Notes under the pieces: generated by a model
Told to the model about the DNA's origin: nothing
The model's database searches: none
What the model saw: only the letters and a program-made list of their open reading frames with translations
Assembly: GCF_006345805.1 (NCBI RefSeq)
Contig: NC_043006.1
Coordinates: 42,470,001-42,534,000, forward strand
Direction of reading: 5' to 3'
Source of the DNA: Octopus sinensis
Lineage: Eukaryota
Length of the DNA stretch: 64,000 bases
Program-made: the position numbers and the translations under genes
Shown: positions 46,906 through 58,970 of the stretch, in pieces
How positions within the stretch are numbered: the stretch's first letter is position 1
Layout of the letters: each line of letters starts with the position of its first letter

Positions 46906-49888
46906 AAACAATCGATACAAGGCCTGAAATTTTAGGGAATGGGGTTACTCGATTAAATCGATATCAGTGCGTAACTGGTCCTAATGTCATCGAAACGACG
47001 AAAGGCAAAGCCGACCAGGGTGGAATTTGAACTCAGAACGTAAAAAGCAGACAAAATGCCGCTAAGCCTTTTGTCTAGCACGGTAACGATTCTACCAGCT
47101 CAATTCTGCTGCCTTTCAAATTTTTGATATAAGGCAAGCAGTTTTTGAGGTGGGGAAGGTGTAAGTAGATTACATCGACCCCAGTGTTTAACTGGTACTT
47201 ATTTTATCGATCCCGAAAGGAAGAAAGGCAAAGCCGACTAGGGTAAAATTTGAACGTAAAGACAGACGAAATGCCGTTAAGCTTCTTGTCTAGGACGATA
47301 ACGATTCTACCATCTCGATTCTGCCGCCTTTCAAATTTTTTATATAAGGCAAGCAGTTTTGGAGGTGGGTTGTAAGTGGATTACATCAATCCCAGTGTTT
47401 AACTGGTACTTATTCCATCGGGCCCGAAAAGATGAATGGCAATGTCAATCTCGACGGAATTTGAACTCGGAACGTGTAGATTGATGAAATGCTACTAAAC
47501 ATTTTGACCGACGTGCTAACGATATTGCCAGTACGCCGGACGAAGTGCTGCTAAGCATTTTATCCGGTGTGCTAACAATCCTGCCGGCTCGCCGCCTAAA
47601 CTATAAAAATATTTACAGCAAAATATATATCAGGTGGAGGCGCAATGGCCCAGTGGTTAGAGCAGCGGATTCGCGGTCGTAGGATAGCGGTTTCGATTCT
47701 CAGACTGGGCGTTGTGAGTGTTTATTGAGCGAAAACACCTAAAACTCCACGAGACTCTAGCAGTGGGGTAGTGGCAAATCCTGTACTCTTTCGCCACAAC
47801 TTTCTCTTACTCTTTCTTCTGTTGGCCTGCTCGCTTAGCCAGCGTGGTGGCGTCATTTGAAGGCTAAAACAGTGCATTGTGTAGCAGCATCTGATAGCCT
47901 AGTCGGTCACGTGATATATCATGTATTTAATGAGTGTTTCTGTAATGGTCAGCAAAGCATAAACTCTCAACTGTGATCGTGTCTGGTATGGAAGAATCCA
48001 CTTTGTATACCACCCACAAATTAGTGTGCATTCTTGTCACAGTTTATGATTATACAAACTAGCTCAATTTGCGATTGTCGGTTTCAGCTAAATCGTCTAC
48101 ACACCACAGCTTAATATTCAACCACGTGTGAATGCCCAAAACATCATAGTTAAACGCTAACGTAAAGACTCAGTAATACCTCCAGAAAACCATGAATGTA
48201 ATTTTTTTAATTAATTATACTCTATTAACCCAGGGGTTTTGATGAAAACACACAGACCATAACCACAAAGGCTTGTACCTTTACAGATTTTGTTCTGCTA
48301 AGCAGTTGAGCATGGCTGGGTTTATTAAAGTATTGCACTTACCTTCGTATGATTAGGTGGTGCGTAGTATTCTTGAGCGAAACTTCATTTCACGCAAAAA
48401 AAAAAAAAAATGGATCTCCGTCGGTTACGACGAAGAGAGTTGCAGTTGATCCGATTAATAGAACAGCCGGTTCGTGAAACCAACGCACAAGTACCCTTAA
48501 TGTAGTTCTCAGGTAGATTCAGCGTGATACAGAATGTAACAAGGCTGGCCCCCTTTGAATTACAGGTACAACCCACTTTTTTTCCCAACCGAATGCACTG
48601 GAGCAATTTGAAAAAAAATGTCTTGCTCAGCATAACGCACCGCCTGGAATCGAACTCGCGGCCTTACGATCCGGAGCGAAGTACACTAACCACTAAACCA
48701 CGCGCCTTCACTCGTCATTTGACGTTGCTCCAGTTAATGCAGGTGTAATGAGTTGCAGCAATAGACGGGAAGTTAACTCTATGACGGATAGAGTACAATA
48801 GGAAAATGTTGGGATCCCGGTTACTTATTCGCCGGAATATGAAAACCGGATTAAACTCCGGTCATGTGCGTCTTCATGTTCATAACAAACCCAAGGAGAT
48901 GAGAAACAGGTTTTCCTCTGGATCGAATGCAACTTCTACTGCAAATATAAAAATAATTATTATTTCTTTACTACCCATAAGGGGCTAAACACAGAGGGGA
49001 CAAACAAGGACAGATATCGATCCCAGTGCATAACTTGTACTTAATTTATTGACCCAGAAAGGATGAAAGGCAAAGTCGATCTCGGCGGAATTTGAACTCA
49101 GAACGTAACAGCAGACGAAATACGGCTACGCATTTCGCCCAGCGTGCTAACGGTTCTGCCAGCTCGCCGCCTTTTATATAAAAAAATAATAATTAGAAAT
49201 ATTGCATTTCTAAATCTCTCAGGGAGACTTATACAGTAGCAGCACGTTAAACTGATGGTTTGTTGCTAACTTAATGCGGCAGTCTCAGGAAAGGGAAGAA
49301 TGCTACTGCTATTTAGCGCCAGGAAACATCGTTTCCAGTTGGCTACGTGACACAAGCTTTCTGTGTCCTTAAGTTTTCAAAAAGGGGAGATAAGCACCTC
49401 CACCCAGCAAAGCCATCAGCTTATTAAATTCTTTTATTTTACTGCTTTCAGTCATTGCATTGCAATGATACTGGAACACACTGAGCCTAGCCTTTATTTA
49501 AATCTGGCGTTATTTTTGTCACTTTTTATTTGTTGAAAAATTATCTTTGTGACAAATGACGCTTCTGCAGAGGTAAATTTTCTAGGAATCAATTTTGGGC
49601 CCAGACTCCAGACCATTTAAATTACACCAGTAATGTTTCCGGAAAAGATGTAGTTAGCACAACTTCCTACAACTCGTCCATTTGCATTAGGCGATGTAGT
49701 TCATGTCGTTGACATATAAACAAACAGGATGATCATGGCTGAAAAGCCTTTGATCAGAGTTTAGCTTACTAGAGGCTAAACAACATCAATAACGACAGCA
49801 ACAACTTTTCTAGCGTTTCCATAAGACGTGTTAGGGCCTAGTTTGATACCTTCAGCTAACTGATTGGATAGTTCATCTAGAGCTAAGT

Positions 49889-49980
<92 letters not shown>

Positions 49981-50084
49981 ATATATATATATATACATTT
50001 ACATATATATTTACATATATATATATTTACATATATATATATATTTACATATATATTTACATTTATACGCCTCTCTCTCTTCCC

Positions 50085-50144
<60 letters not shown>

Positions 50145-50437
50145 ATAATAGCATACTACAACTCATTCATGAGAGTGGGTGGGAGTACTGTGATATTGCT
50201 GATTGTTTCATTAACTACTGTATTGAGTTCAAGTACTACTATGTCGAGTCATTTGTGGCTCTGGTTTAAGCACCTCTTCCCGCTTCAAAATAAATAATTA
50301 CATAAATAAATGAATAAACAAACAAACAAACTCAGTATAATTTGATGACTGGACTTGTCAACTGCCTCTTGTTCCTGAATACAAACTTCACTAAGGCATT
50401 TGTTTTTGGGAAAGACAATTTCATCTATTGTTGTTAA

Positions 50438-50864
50438 GGCGGCGAGCTGGCAGAAACGTTAGCACGCCGGGCGAAATGCGTAGCCGTATTTCGTCTGCCG
50501 TTACGTTCTGTGTTCAAATTCCGCCGAGGTCGACTTTGCCTTTCATCCTTTCGGGGTCGATAAATTAAGTACCAGTTACGCACTGGGGACGATGTAATCG
50601 ACTTAATCCGTTTGCCTGTCCTTGTTTGTCCCCTCTGTGTTTAGCCCCTTGTAGGCAATAAAGAACTAAGAAGCCTTAGCACGCCGGGCGAAATGCTTAG
50701 CATATTTCGTCTGTCTTTACGTTCTGAGTTCAAATTCCGTCGAAATCGACTTTGCCTTTCGTCCTTTTCGGAGTCGATAAATTAAGTACCAGTTGCGTAC
50801 TGGTATCGATCTAATCGACTGGCCCCTTCCCCAAATTTCAGGCCTTGTGCCTAGAGTAGAAAAG
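50438..50864 (+). mobile_element. Dimeric family B SINE with 21-bp TSD
   Basis: TSD AATTTCATCTATTGTTGTTAA at 50417-50437 and 50865-50885. Confidence 0.9.
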
Positions 50865-52954
50865 AATTTCATCTATTGTTGTTAATTTTTACATTAAATT
50901 ATATATCCGCCAATCTTCAAAAGAAATTTTAAAATATAAAAATAACTGCGTCATACAGTAAAGTTTAACTTGTGACCTAGTTTGGTCTGTGGTAATTTTG
51001 TTGCTCACTCAACGAATTTTCTTGAGAAAGATATGATTGCCTTGTGTTGACGGTCATGATAATAAAAGTAAATGGATCCTCCGTCGGTTTCGACAATCAC
51101 TATTCCAGTTATTTGATCAGGAGGACTACCTAGGCATTAGAATACGAATGGTTTAGGTGGTGTGACTTGGCGGGAGCGTTAGAACGCCGGACAAAATGCT
51201 TAGCGGGTATTTCGTCTGCCGCTACGTTCTGAGTTCAAATTCTGCCGAGGTCGATTTTGCCTTTCATCCTTTCGGGGTCGATTAAATAAGTACCAGTTAC
51301 GCACTGGGGTCGATATAATCGACTTAATCCGTTTGTCTGTCCTTGTTTGTCCTCCCTGTGTTTAGTCCCTTGTGGGTAGTAAAGAAATAGCTATTTCGTC
51401 TGTCTATACGTTCTGAGTTCAAATTCCACTGAGGTCGACTTTGCTTTTCATCTCTTTCGGTATCGACAAAATAATTACTATTTGAGCCCTGGGGTCGATG
51501 TAATCGAGTCGTCTCACTCCCACGAAAATTTCAGGTCTTGCGTTTACAGCTGAGGGGATTATAATATGAGTGTTTGAGGCGGCGAACTGGCAGAATCGCT
51601 AGAGCATCGGAAAATTTCATGGCGTTAAATAGCTGTTAAATTTCAACCTCAAATCACACTTTACTTTCTTAAAAATGGAGGAAGGACATATTGAATGATA
51701 TGGCATCAAATACACTATCTGAATAAATGACAGAATAATCACGATTGGAACACCTTTCATTATTGACCTACTCGATCAGGGCAGACCTAGAGCTAAGTGT
51801 AACAGCTGATATTAACTTTCTAGTGGGAGGACATTGATAGTGATTGGTCCCGTTGGCGGTAGGAACTAGACAGGTCTTTAGAAAGGCGTGAGGAAAGGCT
51901 GAAGCTTTCTAGTGAAGAAGAGTAAAATTGAGAAAAGCAACACCAGGATAAAACTGACAGGCAATACTTTCAAACATAGTTGCTACAGCCAGTACTATCA
52001 CTCCCGTGTCGGTCTCTAAAGTCATAGCAGACGTTGCTCTACCAACAGCACTGAAGCAAGACTTTACAGATGCAGGTTCATGGAATCACGACGCTAAGAG
52101 TATCTCCCCTCCTCAAGACGAGCAGATCTTCATTGCCATTTGGTAAATATGACACATGCTCTGGAGGCGGAGATGATTTTAATAAATCAAGAATTTATGT
52201 TATATGGTATTTGTTATACCTGTATTGGCCTATAATTTTGTTATGCAGATTTGACCTCGTCGTTTTAAAGTATGACTAAGTGCTCTAAATTCATATAGCA
52301 GTAGTAGTAGTGGTGGTGGTAACAGTAGTAGTGGTGGTGGTAGTAGTAGTGATAGCAATAGTAGTATTGATGGTGGTAGTAGTAGTAGTAGTGGTGGTGG
52401 TGGTGGTGGTTGTAGTAGTTGTGGTGGTGGTAATGGTGGTTGTGGTGGTGGAGGTAGTGGTGGTGGTGGTAGTGGTAGTGGTGGTGGTGGTAATTAAAAA
52501 GCAGTCAATGAAGCAATGTTCGTTATTTAGTGCTGAAAAGGAAAATGGTTGAACAGTGAAGGCAGTGGAGTGTTGAGGGTGGAAACAGCTGTAATATTCC
52601 CGAACCAGCAAATAAACTAAAGAGAGACATATCGACCACACCTGCACCTCCATTCTAGCGCAATAATAAACCGGGTATTTTTTTGTAGGTTAAAATAAGT
52701 CGCAATTTAATGTAGAAAAATGAAAGTTGATTTTGCTCACGAAGTTTAAAAAAAAAAACGAATAAATAAACCGAAGAAAAAGAGAAGCTGTGATAGTCAT
52801 GCATTTCCCTAAAAGCCTTTCGCAATGTACTTGAAATGAGGTGTCTTTAACCGGAAATAGAAACTAGTACGAAAACCCTAGCCCTCTGGGTACGTATTCC
52901 GAAGCGATAATCGATAATGTTAGCCGTGCCTTGTCTCGATGTTGATTGATTCTG

Positions 52955-54040
52955 TAGCCATGTGGGTAAAAAGCTTGTTTTGCCACCGCATGGTTTTGGG
53001 TTCAATCCCACTGCATGGTACCTTTAGCAAGTGTCTTCAACTATAGCCCTTGGCCGACCAATGTTTTCTGAGTGAAAGAAATCCGTCGTATATATCACTG
53101 AAATCTACAAGTTTTTTTTTTTTTCATTCTTTCTCTCTGCTTATTTTCTCTTATTCCTTTCTGCTGAAGGGCGTTGGCTCGAAACGTAAAAGACGTTTTC
53201 ATTTTTCCGAGCATCAAGCTAATACACCTGCTTGTTGTTCATACACCCGTCTTCGTCTTTTGTTTTTCTATAAATTTCAACTATATATATGTATTTGTTT
53301 TTTCGCCCTTTTCAAGCCTAACCAGGCTCATGGGCCCGGTTTCTCAGTTTCTGTGGCGTATGTGTTCCCTCCAGCTGGATGGGACGCCAGTCCATCGCAG
53401 CGTTACTCAAGAAACAGAAAGAGAGAGTGAGAGAAAGTTGTGGCGAAAGAGTACAACAGGGGTCACCACCAGCCCCTGCCGGAGCCTCGTGGAGCTTTTA
53501 GGTGTTTTCGCTCAATAAACAAATACAACGCCCGGCCTGGGAATCGAAACCGCGAGTCCGCTGCCCTAACCACTGGGCCATTGCGCCTCCACACACACAC
53601 ACATATATATATATGTATGTATGTGTATATGTATATGTGTGTGTATATATGTGTATGTATGTATATGTGTGCATGCATGTTTGCATGTACGTATGTATGT
53701 ATGTTGTGAATGTATGTATGTATGTATGTATGTATGTATGTATGTATGTATGTATGTATGTATGTATGTATATATGTATGTTGTGTATGTGTCTATGTGT
53801 GTGTCTGTCTGTGTTTGCCTCCCACCACCGTTAAACAACCGGTGTTAGTTTGTTTACCTTCCCATAACTTAGTAGCTCGGCAAAAAGAAACCGATAGAAT
53901 AAGTACAAGATTGAAAAAAATATCAACAAAGAGTCAAATAAATATATAAAAGTACTAGAGTCGATTCGTTCGACTAAACTCTTCAAGGCGGTGCTGCAGC
54001 ATGGCCGCATTCAATGATTTAAACAGGTAAAAGAGAAAAG
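52955..54040 (+). mobile_element. SINE family A expanded by insertions
   Basis: Head ~52955-53093 and tail ~53790-54040 flank a PLE-like element and a family C SINE. Confidence 0.8.
53094..53290 (+). mobile_element. PLE-like short element with variant hammerhead (53157-53192)
   Basis: CTTT-CTGCTGA-A-GGGC-GTTG-GCTC-GAAA-CG-T-A-AAAG; ends AATTTCAAC(TA)n. Homologous to 4465-4720 and more distantly to 26023-26225. Confidence 0.7.
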
Positions 54041-55027
54041 GTAGAAGATAGGGAAATTTCAAGTTTCGTTTATTTCTCAAGAATATTTAACCTGTTTTGA
54101 AACGAAGTGGGTTCTAACCAGAAATCGAAACCGTATCGTAGAGTCGTCGCACTACTTGTTTTAATGGTGTGTGCCTTTTTCTTATCAAGATATAGAAACA
54201 GAGGCAGCCATCGGGTTGAAATCTATGCAATCATATCCCGCCTCCCTCTTCATAACTAGGCATTTAGAATCAAATTACATACGTGAAGTAGTGGTGGTGG
54301 TGATAGTAGATCTTTGCACACACTCATATATTTATATAACTAAGAGAGGCAGCAATGGTGTGAGTGAGTCAGTCGGTGATAAGAAACCTAAGTGGAGTGT
54401 ACGTGGTTCTTAGCCATACAAATGCACTTTTCTGACTGCCGCGTCTCCGCTGAAACTGACAGAGTCTAACTTGATCGCCGACTACATTCACCCATGCGTG
54501 GTTTACAGACGTTCATACATAAATGCGTGCGTGCGGATTAATTAGTTGATATCACTACCACTAACACCAACAACAAAAATATTTTTTGTTGAATTTTTTT
54601 TCTTAATTCGTTCTTTCTTTAAATATTTTGTGATATCCAAAAAAAAAAAAAAGAAGTAAGAAAGCAAAATATTGTGGATAAAAACGTTATAGCTTGTTGC
54701 AGCCCATTTACAATTTAAAGGAAGATTTTAAAAAGATCTCACGAAGGAAAAGTTTAACTTTCAGCATTAAACTAAACAACGATATCTACGACAGAAATAT
54801 AAAAGGATAAATTTTGAAGAAAAAAACAACAACAAAAAAAAAACCAAAAAAACCCAAACAAAGAGAACGAAAAAAAAAACAAGAACAAAAAATTTTAAAA
54901 AAACATAAATAACAAAACTACCATTTTAAATTTTGGAATCTTGTACACAGACTTTCGTGACAACGCCTTGAGAATTTATCGGTATTTCTGTAAAATTTAT
55001 TATCATTACTACTGTTATTATTAATTG

Positions 55028-55075
<48 letters not shown>

Positions 55076-55533
55076 TGTTGGTGTTGCTGTTATGAATATT
55101 TTTCTCACCAAAATTATTTCACTCTCATAATCGAAACTTAATTTTTTTTTTGTATCATTTTTTCTGTCTCTATTGAACATAAAACTTTTTGACTTTATCA
55201 ATTAACACCGTTTCGTTTCTCTAGACACCCTGTGGCCACTGCAGAAACAGTTATATTTATATAGATTGCTTTCGACAAATCATTATTATTGATTTAATTT
55301 AGTGTCCTTTTGTATGTATTGCATCAAGTCCCTTGGCAAGATTCTTAAATCTACTTGCGCAGAAGAGCCCTGTGTCATTAAGAAATTATCCTTTTTATAT
55401 CGAATATTATTTATAAAATACTTTTTGTGTGAAGACATTTAGAAAACAAAAAAAAAAGAAAAAAACATTGATTTATGAAATAACGATAATAATAATAATA
55501 ATAACATCAATTAAATTTTATAAATAACATAAA

Positions 55534-56952
55534 ATGGATATGGATAACGAATTTGTGAACAATGTTAAAACTGAGACCGAGGTAAATGATGAGAAGTCTA
55601 GGACAAATCTAGAAGGGTACAACCAGGATATTTCTGTTAAGTCAACCGTGATTGGACAACCAAGTACGACAATGGAAATCAATGGAAATGTTTCCACTGA
55701 AGCCTGCCAACTGCAGGACACACTGTATACAGAAAGTAATACAACAGACACTTCATATCCGAATGCCCTGTCTAATGTTGAATCTAATTCCTTACAATCG
55801 GCTTTGAACGAAGCGATGGATTCGCAAATTTATGTTCCTGTAGTTAACAACACTTTCAGCGAATTAGCTGATGGAAGCAACAGTGATGGGGTTAGTTTTA
55901 AACCAGAAAATATCGAAGAAGTAAAACTTATGAATACATCGTCGGCGAAATGTGACACAGAATCTGGTGAGGTCATTCAGGATGCCATTTTAATAGATCA
56001 GAAACAAAGTTCAGTAGAGTTGTCTGAAAATATTTTTCCTGTAGTAACTGATACACACGTGCTTAATTCTGAGGAATCACAGGAAGATATCACAGGAAAT
56101 CTTACTAACTTATCAGAAGGTGATTTGAATTTCTGCACTGGCGTCGAAGGTGTATGTGGTTCATACACCGAAACAGAAGTTGCTCCTGATTATATCCAAG
56201 TTTCGACTCAGAAAGTAGCAGAGTTTTCTACAGAACCTAACTTATCAGAAGGTGATTTGAATTTCCGCACTGGCGTCGAAGGTGTATGTGGTTCATACAC
56301 CGAAACAGAAGTTGCTCCTGATTATATCCATGTTTCGTCTCAGAAAGTAGCAGAGTTTTCTACAGAACCTACATGTGAAAAAGTTGAAGAACTCGAAGAG
56401 AATCTGAAAAATATTTCAACATCTGCATCATCTTGTTTTGAAGAAATAGGAAATGTTGAAAATGTTAATTCCGAAATAATTGAAAAACCGTCCGTATTTT
56501 CTGTTGGAGATGCCGATAGCTCACAGGAAATCCTTGAAGAGAAACCTGAAGTCGTTTCTTTTAATCAATTTACATTAAAAACTGAAACAATTGGAGGAGA
56601 CAAAATATTAGAAGAGAGAACAACTGTGGAAATAACTGAAGAATTAGATGTGCAAAACGCAACTGTAAACAATATGACAGTATCAGAACACATTGAGATT
56701 GTCGAGAAAGGAAACGTGGAAACCGATGGTAATATTGTTGGGACACCCAAAGATAATGATTCTACCGTTTTATTTGAACAAGTTGACGTACAGGTCGAAG
56801 AATTTGGAATTTCTACTTCATCAAAACCGATGATGACTTCTATCGAACAATCTGAAAATTTTAAGATGAATATTCCAAATGAAACGGAAACATCGTTTCC
56901 CGAGAAATGTCTTCCGTCCAGGAAGATAGTGGTTTGCTTGAAAACATGGTAG
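55534..56952 (+). CDS. Acidic, Glu/Thr/Asn/Val-rich, probably disordered protein (5' ORF of an unknown intronless gene)
   Basis: 472-aa uninterrupted non-microsatellite ORF in AT-rich DNA. It contains a 44-aa tandem duplication and overlaps the next ORF, which has the same composition. Confidence 0.8.
   Translation: MDMDNEFVNNVKTETEVNDEKSRTNLEGYNQDISVKSTVIGQPSTTMEINGNVSTEACQLQDTLYTESNTTDTSYPNALSNVESNSLQSALNEAMDSQIYVPVVNNTFSELADGSNSDGVSFKPENIEEVKLMNTSSAKCDTESGEVIQDAILIDQKQSSVELSENIFPVVTDTHVLNSEESQEDITGNLTNLSEGDLNFCTGVEGVCGSYTETEVAPDYIQVSTQKVAEFSTEPNLSEGDLNFRTGVEGVCGSYTETEVAPDYIHVSSQKVAEFSTEPTCEKVEELEENLKNISTSASSCFEEIGNVENVNSEIIEKPSVFSVGDADSSQEILEEKPEVVSFNQFTLKTETIGGDKILEERTTVEITEELDVQNATVNNMTVSEHIEIVEKGNVETDGNIVGTPKDNDSTVLFEQVDVQVEEFGISTSSKPMMTSIEQSENFKMNIPNETETSFPEKCLPSRKIVVCLKTW
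56107..56370 (+). repeat. In-frame 132-bp (44-aa) tandem duplication inside the acidic ORF
   Basis: NLSEGDLNF(C/R)TGVEGVCGSYTETEVAPDYI(Q/H)VS(T/S)QKVAEFSTEP x2. Units start at 56107 and 56239. Confidence 0.95.
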
Positions 56953-57995
56953 CTGTTGCACCTTTGGTAGAAAACCAAACGGTTGTAGTTCAAAAGGAAG
57001 AAATGTTATTGTTGGAAAATGAAGACAATAATGTTGTTGATATGACAGTAAAAGGGGAAAAACTTATAGAAACGATTGTGAATGAACCGGCTGAAGAAAG
57101 TTCTAAAGAACCAATGGGAAGTCCCAAAATTGCCACAGAACTCTCAAAAGTCCAGGAAGAAAATAAAGTGAAAGTAACAGAATTTGAAGCTGTAGAAAAC
57201 CACGTTCCAACAAAGAAATTAACTGATATACAAAGTCATGATATAAAAACCTTTTCTATGGCAGATAAAAATACGATGGAAACACCAACATATATTGGAG
57301 CTGAAGTTTCTTCGGACGAAAACATCGACGCATTTTCAGCGAAACCAAATCAAACTACGAAACTCGATTCTCTAGAAATAGAAACGAATGTGACTACCAA
57401 AGATGCTGACAGACGAGAGAAGAAACCAGAGCACATTGTATCGAGTGAACGAAAGCAAATTCCAGTTACAATGACAGAAAATAATCGTCCAAGACATATT
57501 GACATTCTAAGGTCGATCAGAGGAAAGACTAAACGCGAGGCGAAAATGATTATGTCACAGGATGCATTTAATAGAGCTTCAGAAATATTGAAAATTGTTC
57601 AAAACAAATCGAATACATATGAAGATGGTATCTATGTTCACCCCATGCACCGGGCCTATGCCACAGAAATAAAAGACGGTAATATAAATCTTTTGAAATA
57701 TACAAGGCTTAGTGATGGTCAGTTATCAGATGATTCCAATCATTACGAGTATTTGAAGTCATTCAGAAGCCAGAACCGTAATGACTATATCAACATGAAA
57801 ATCAATGGGAGGAAACGGCGTAAAATGGTTGGTCGATTCATCTACGAATGCTGTAACAAAATTACTTTGCTGGAAAATATAGCCATAAATTACATTGATG
57901 GTAATAAACAGAATCAAAACCCTTCAAACTTATCGATTCAGATCGAATATGGCGGAGGAGAAAAACACAAAAAGAACACAAAGAAAACAAAGTAA
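56883..57995 (+). CDS. 3' ORF: acidic region followed by a degenerate HNH_3-like endonuclease fold (~57624-57941) and a basic tail
   Basis: Frame open from 56883, ATG at 56907. The C-terminus YVHPMHRAYATEIKDGNI...KMVGRFIYECCN...AINYIDGNKQNQNPSNL resembles the HNH_3 pattern VHR(L/F)vwEcF.G...idHidgnk.nN...NL. AATAAA at 58034. Confidence 0.75.
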   Translation, partial: NGNIVSREMSSVQEDSGLLENMVAVAPLVENQTVVVQKEEMLLLENEDNNVVDMTVKGEKLIETIVNEPAEESSKEPMGSPKIATELSKVQEENKVKVTEFEAVENHVPTKKLTDIQSHDIKTFSMADKNTMETPTYIGAEVSSDENIDAFSAKPNQTTKLDSLEIETNVTTKDADRREKKPEHIVSSERKQIPVTMTENNRPRHIDILRSIRGKTKREAKMIMSQDAFNRASEILKIVQNKSNTYEDGIYVHPMHRAYATEIKDGNINLLKYTRLSDGQLSDDSNHYEYLKSFRSQNRNDYINMKINGRKRRKMVGRFIYECCNKITLLENIAINYIDGNKQNQNPSNLSIQIEYGGGEKHKKNTKKTK

Positions 57996-58912
57996 ACGAC
58001 ACAAGTTTTTTTTCAGAAGAGATGCCATACTAAAATAAACAACAACAAATCGATATGGTATTGCTGGGCTGCTGCTGTTGTTAGTGAAGCTGGCCGTAGT
58101 GGTGATGGTGGCGGTGGTGATGATGTTGGTGGTGATGGTGGTGCTGTTGATGTAGGTGGACATTGTGCACATAGTAGAAGAGAGATTGATTCGCCTTTCA
58201 ATGCATATTAAGTCAGATGCTTTACGTATTTCAGTTCCATTCGACTTCGCCTTACATCCCAGCTGGTTCGATCATATTAACTATCAGTATCATACAGATC
58301 GATTCGGTCAACTAAAATGCCTTGCCCACCACCATTTAAAACAAAATGACATTGCACTTCTTTAAAAGAAAACGCCTTCATCATCATCATCACCATCATT
58401 ATGAGGAGATAGATAAAAGTTCGGAAACAATCTTTTACAACTTTTTACATCCCAAATTATTATTCGACTACAGACTATTCCGTAGATAATTACAAGTTTT
58501 AATTCTGCACCATTTGTCTCCTCCAGTCAAACGACGGAGCCAAGTCCTAGTGCGATCCTACAATCTCTCGACATAAAACCTGTATACATTTCAAAGTTAA
58601 CAAAACTACGGAACACATTTTTAAAATCAATTTTTTTTCTTATGCCACCATTACCTTTTTATTATGCAAACACACAAACGAACAGTATACAATTACAAAT
58701 TGAGTACACAAAACTGCTCTCTTTCACTCTCTTTCATTCACCCACTTACACAAATACAGACACGCCCTTATATATATATATATATATGTATATATCACCG
58801 TGATCACCGTGTCCGACCAGGCTATCGGATGTTGCTACACATCGCTGGTCACAATGCGCTTCACATTGTTTTAGCCTTCAAATGACGCCACCCCCGCTGG
58901 CTAAGCGAGCAG

Positions 58913-58970
<58 letters not shown>

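Noticed and set aside
51830-52260. Moderately GC-rich unique segment as a possible exon
   Set aside because: Only short open frames, no recognisable domain and no convincing splice-site pair.
52291-52653. Poly-Thr (mucin-like) and poly-Val ORFs
   Set aside because: They come from a GTA/GTG trinucleotide repeat read on both strands, with no signal peptide or splice context.
56794-56921. Phase-compatible 128-nt intron joining the two acidic ORFs
   Set aside because: The donor GTCGAA is weak, and the skipped sequence is open and has the same composition as the flanking coding DNA.
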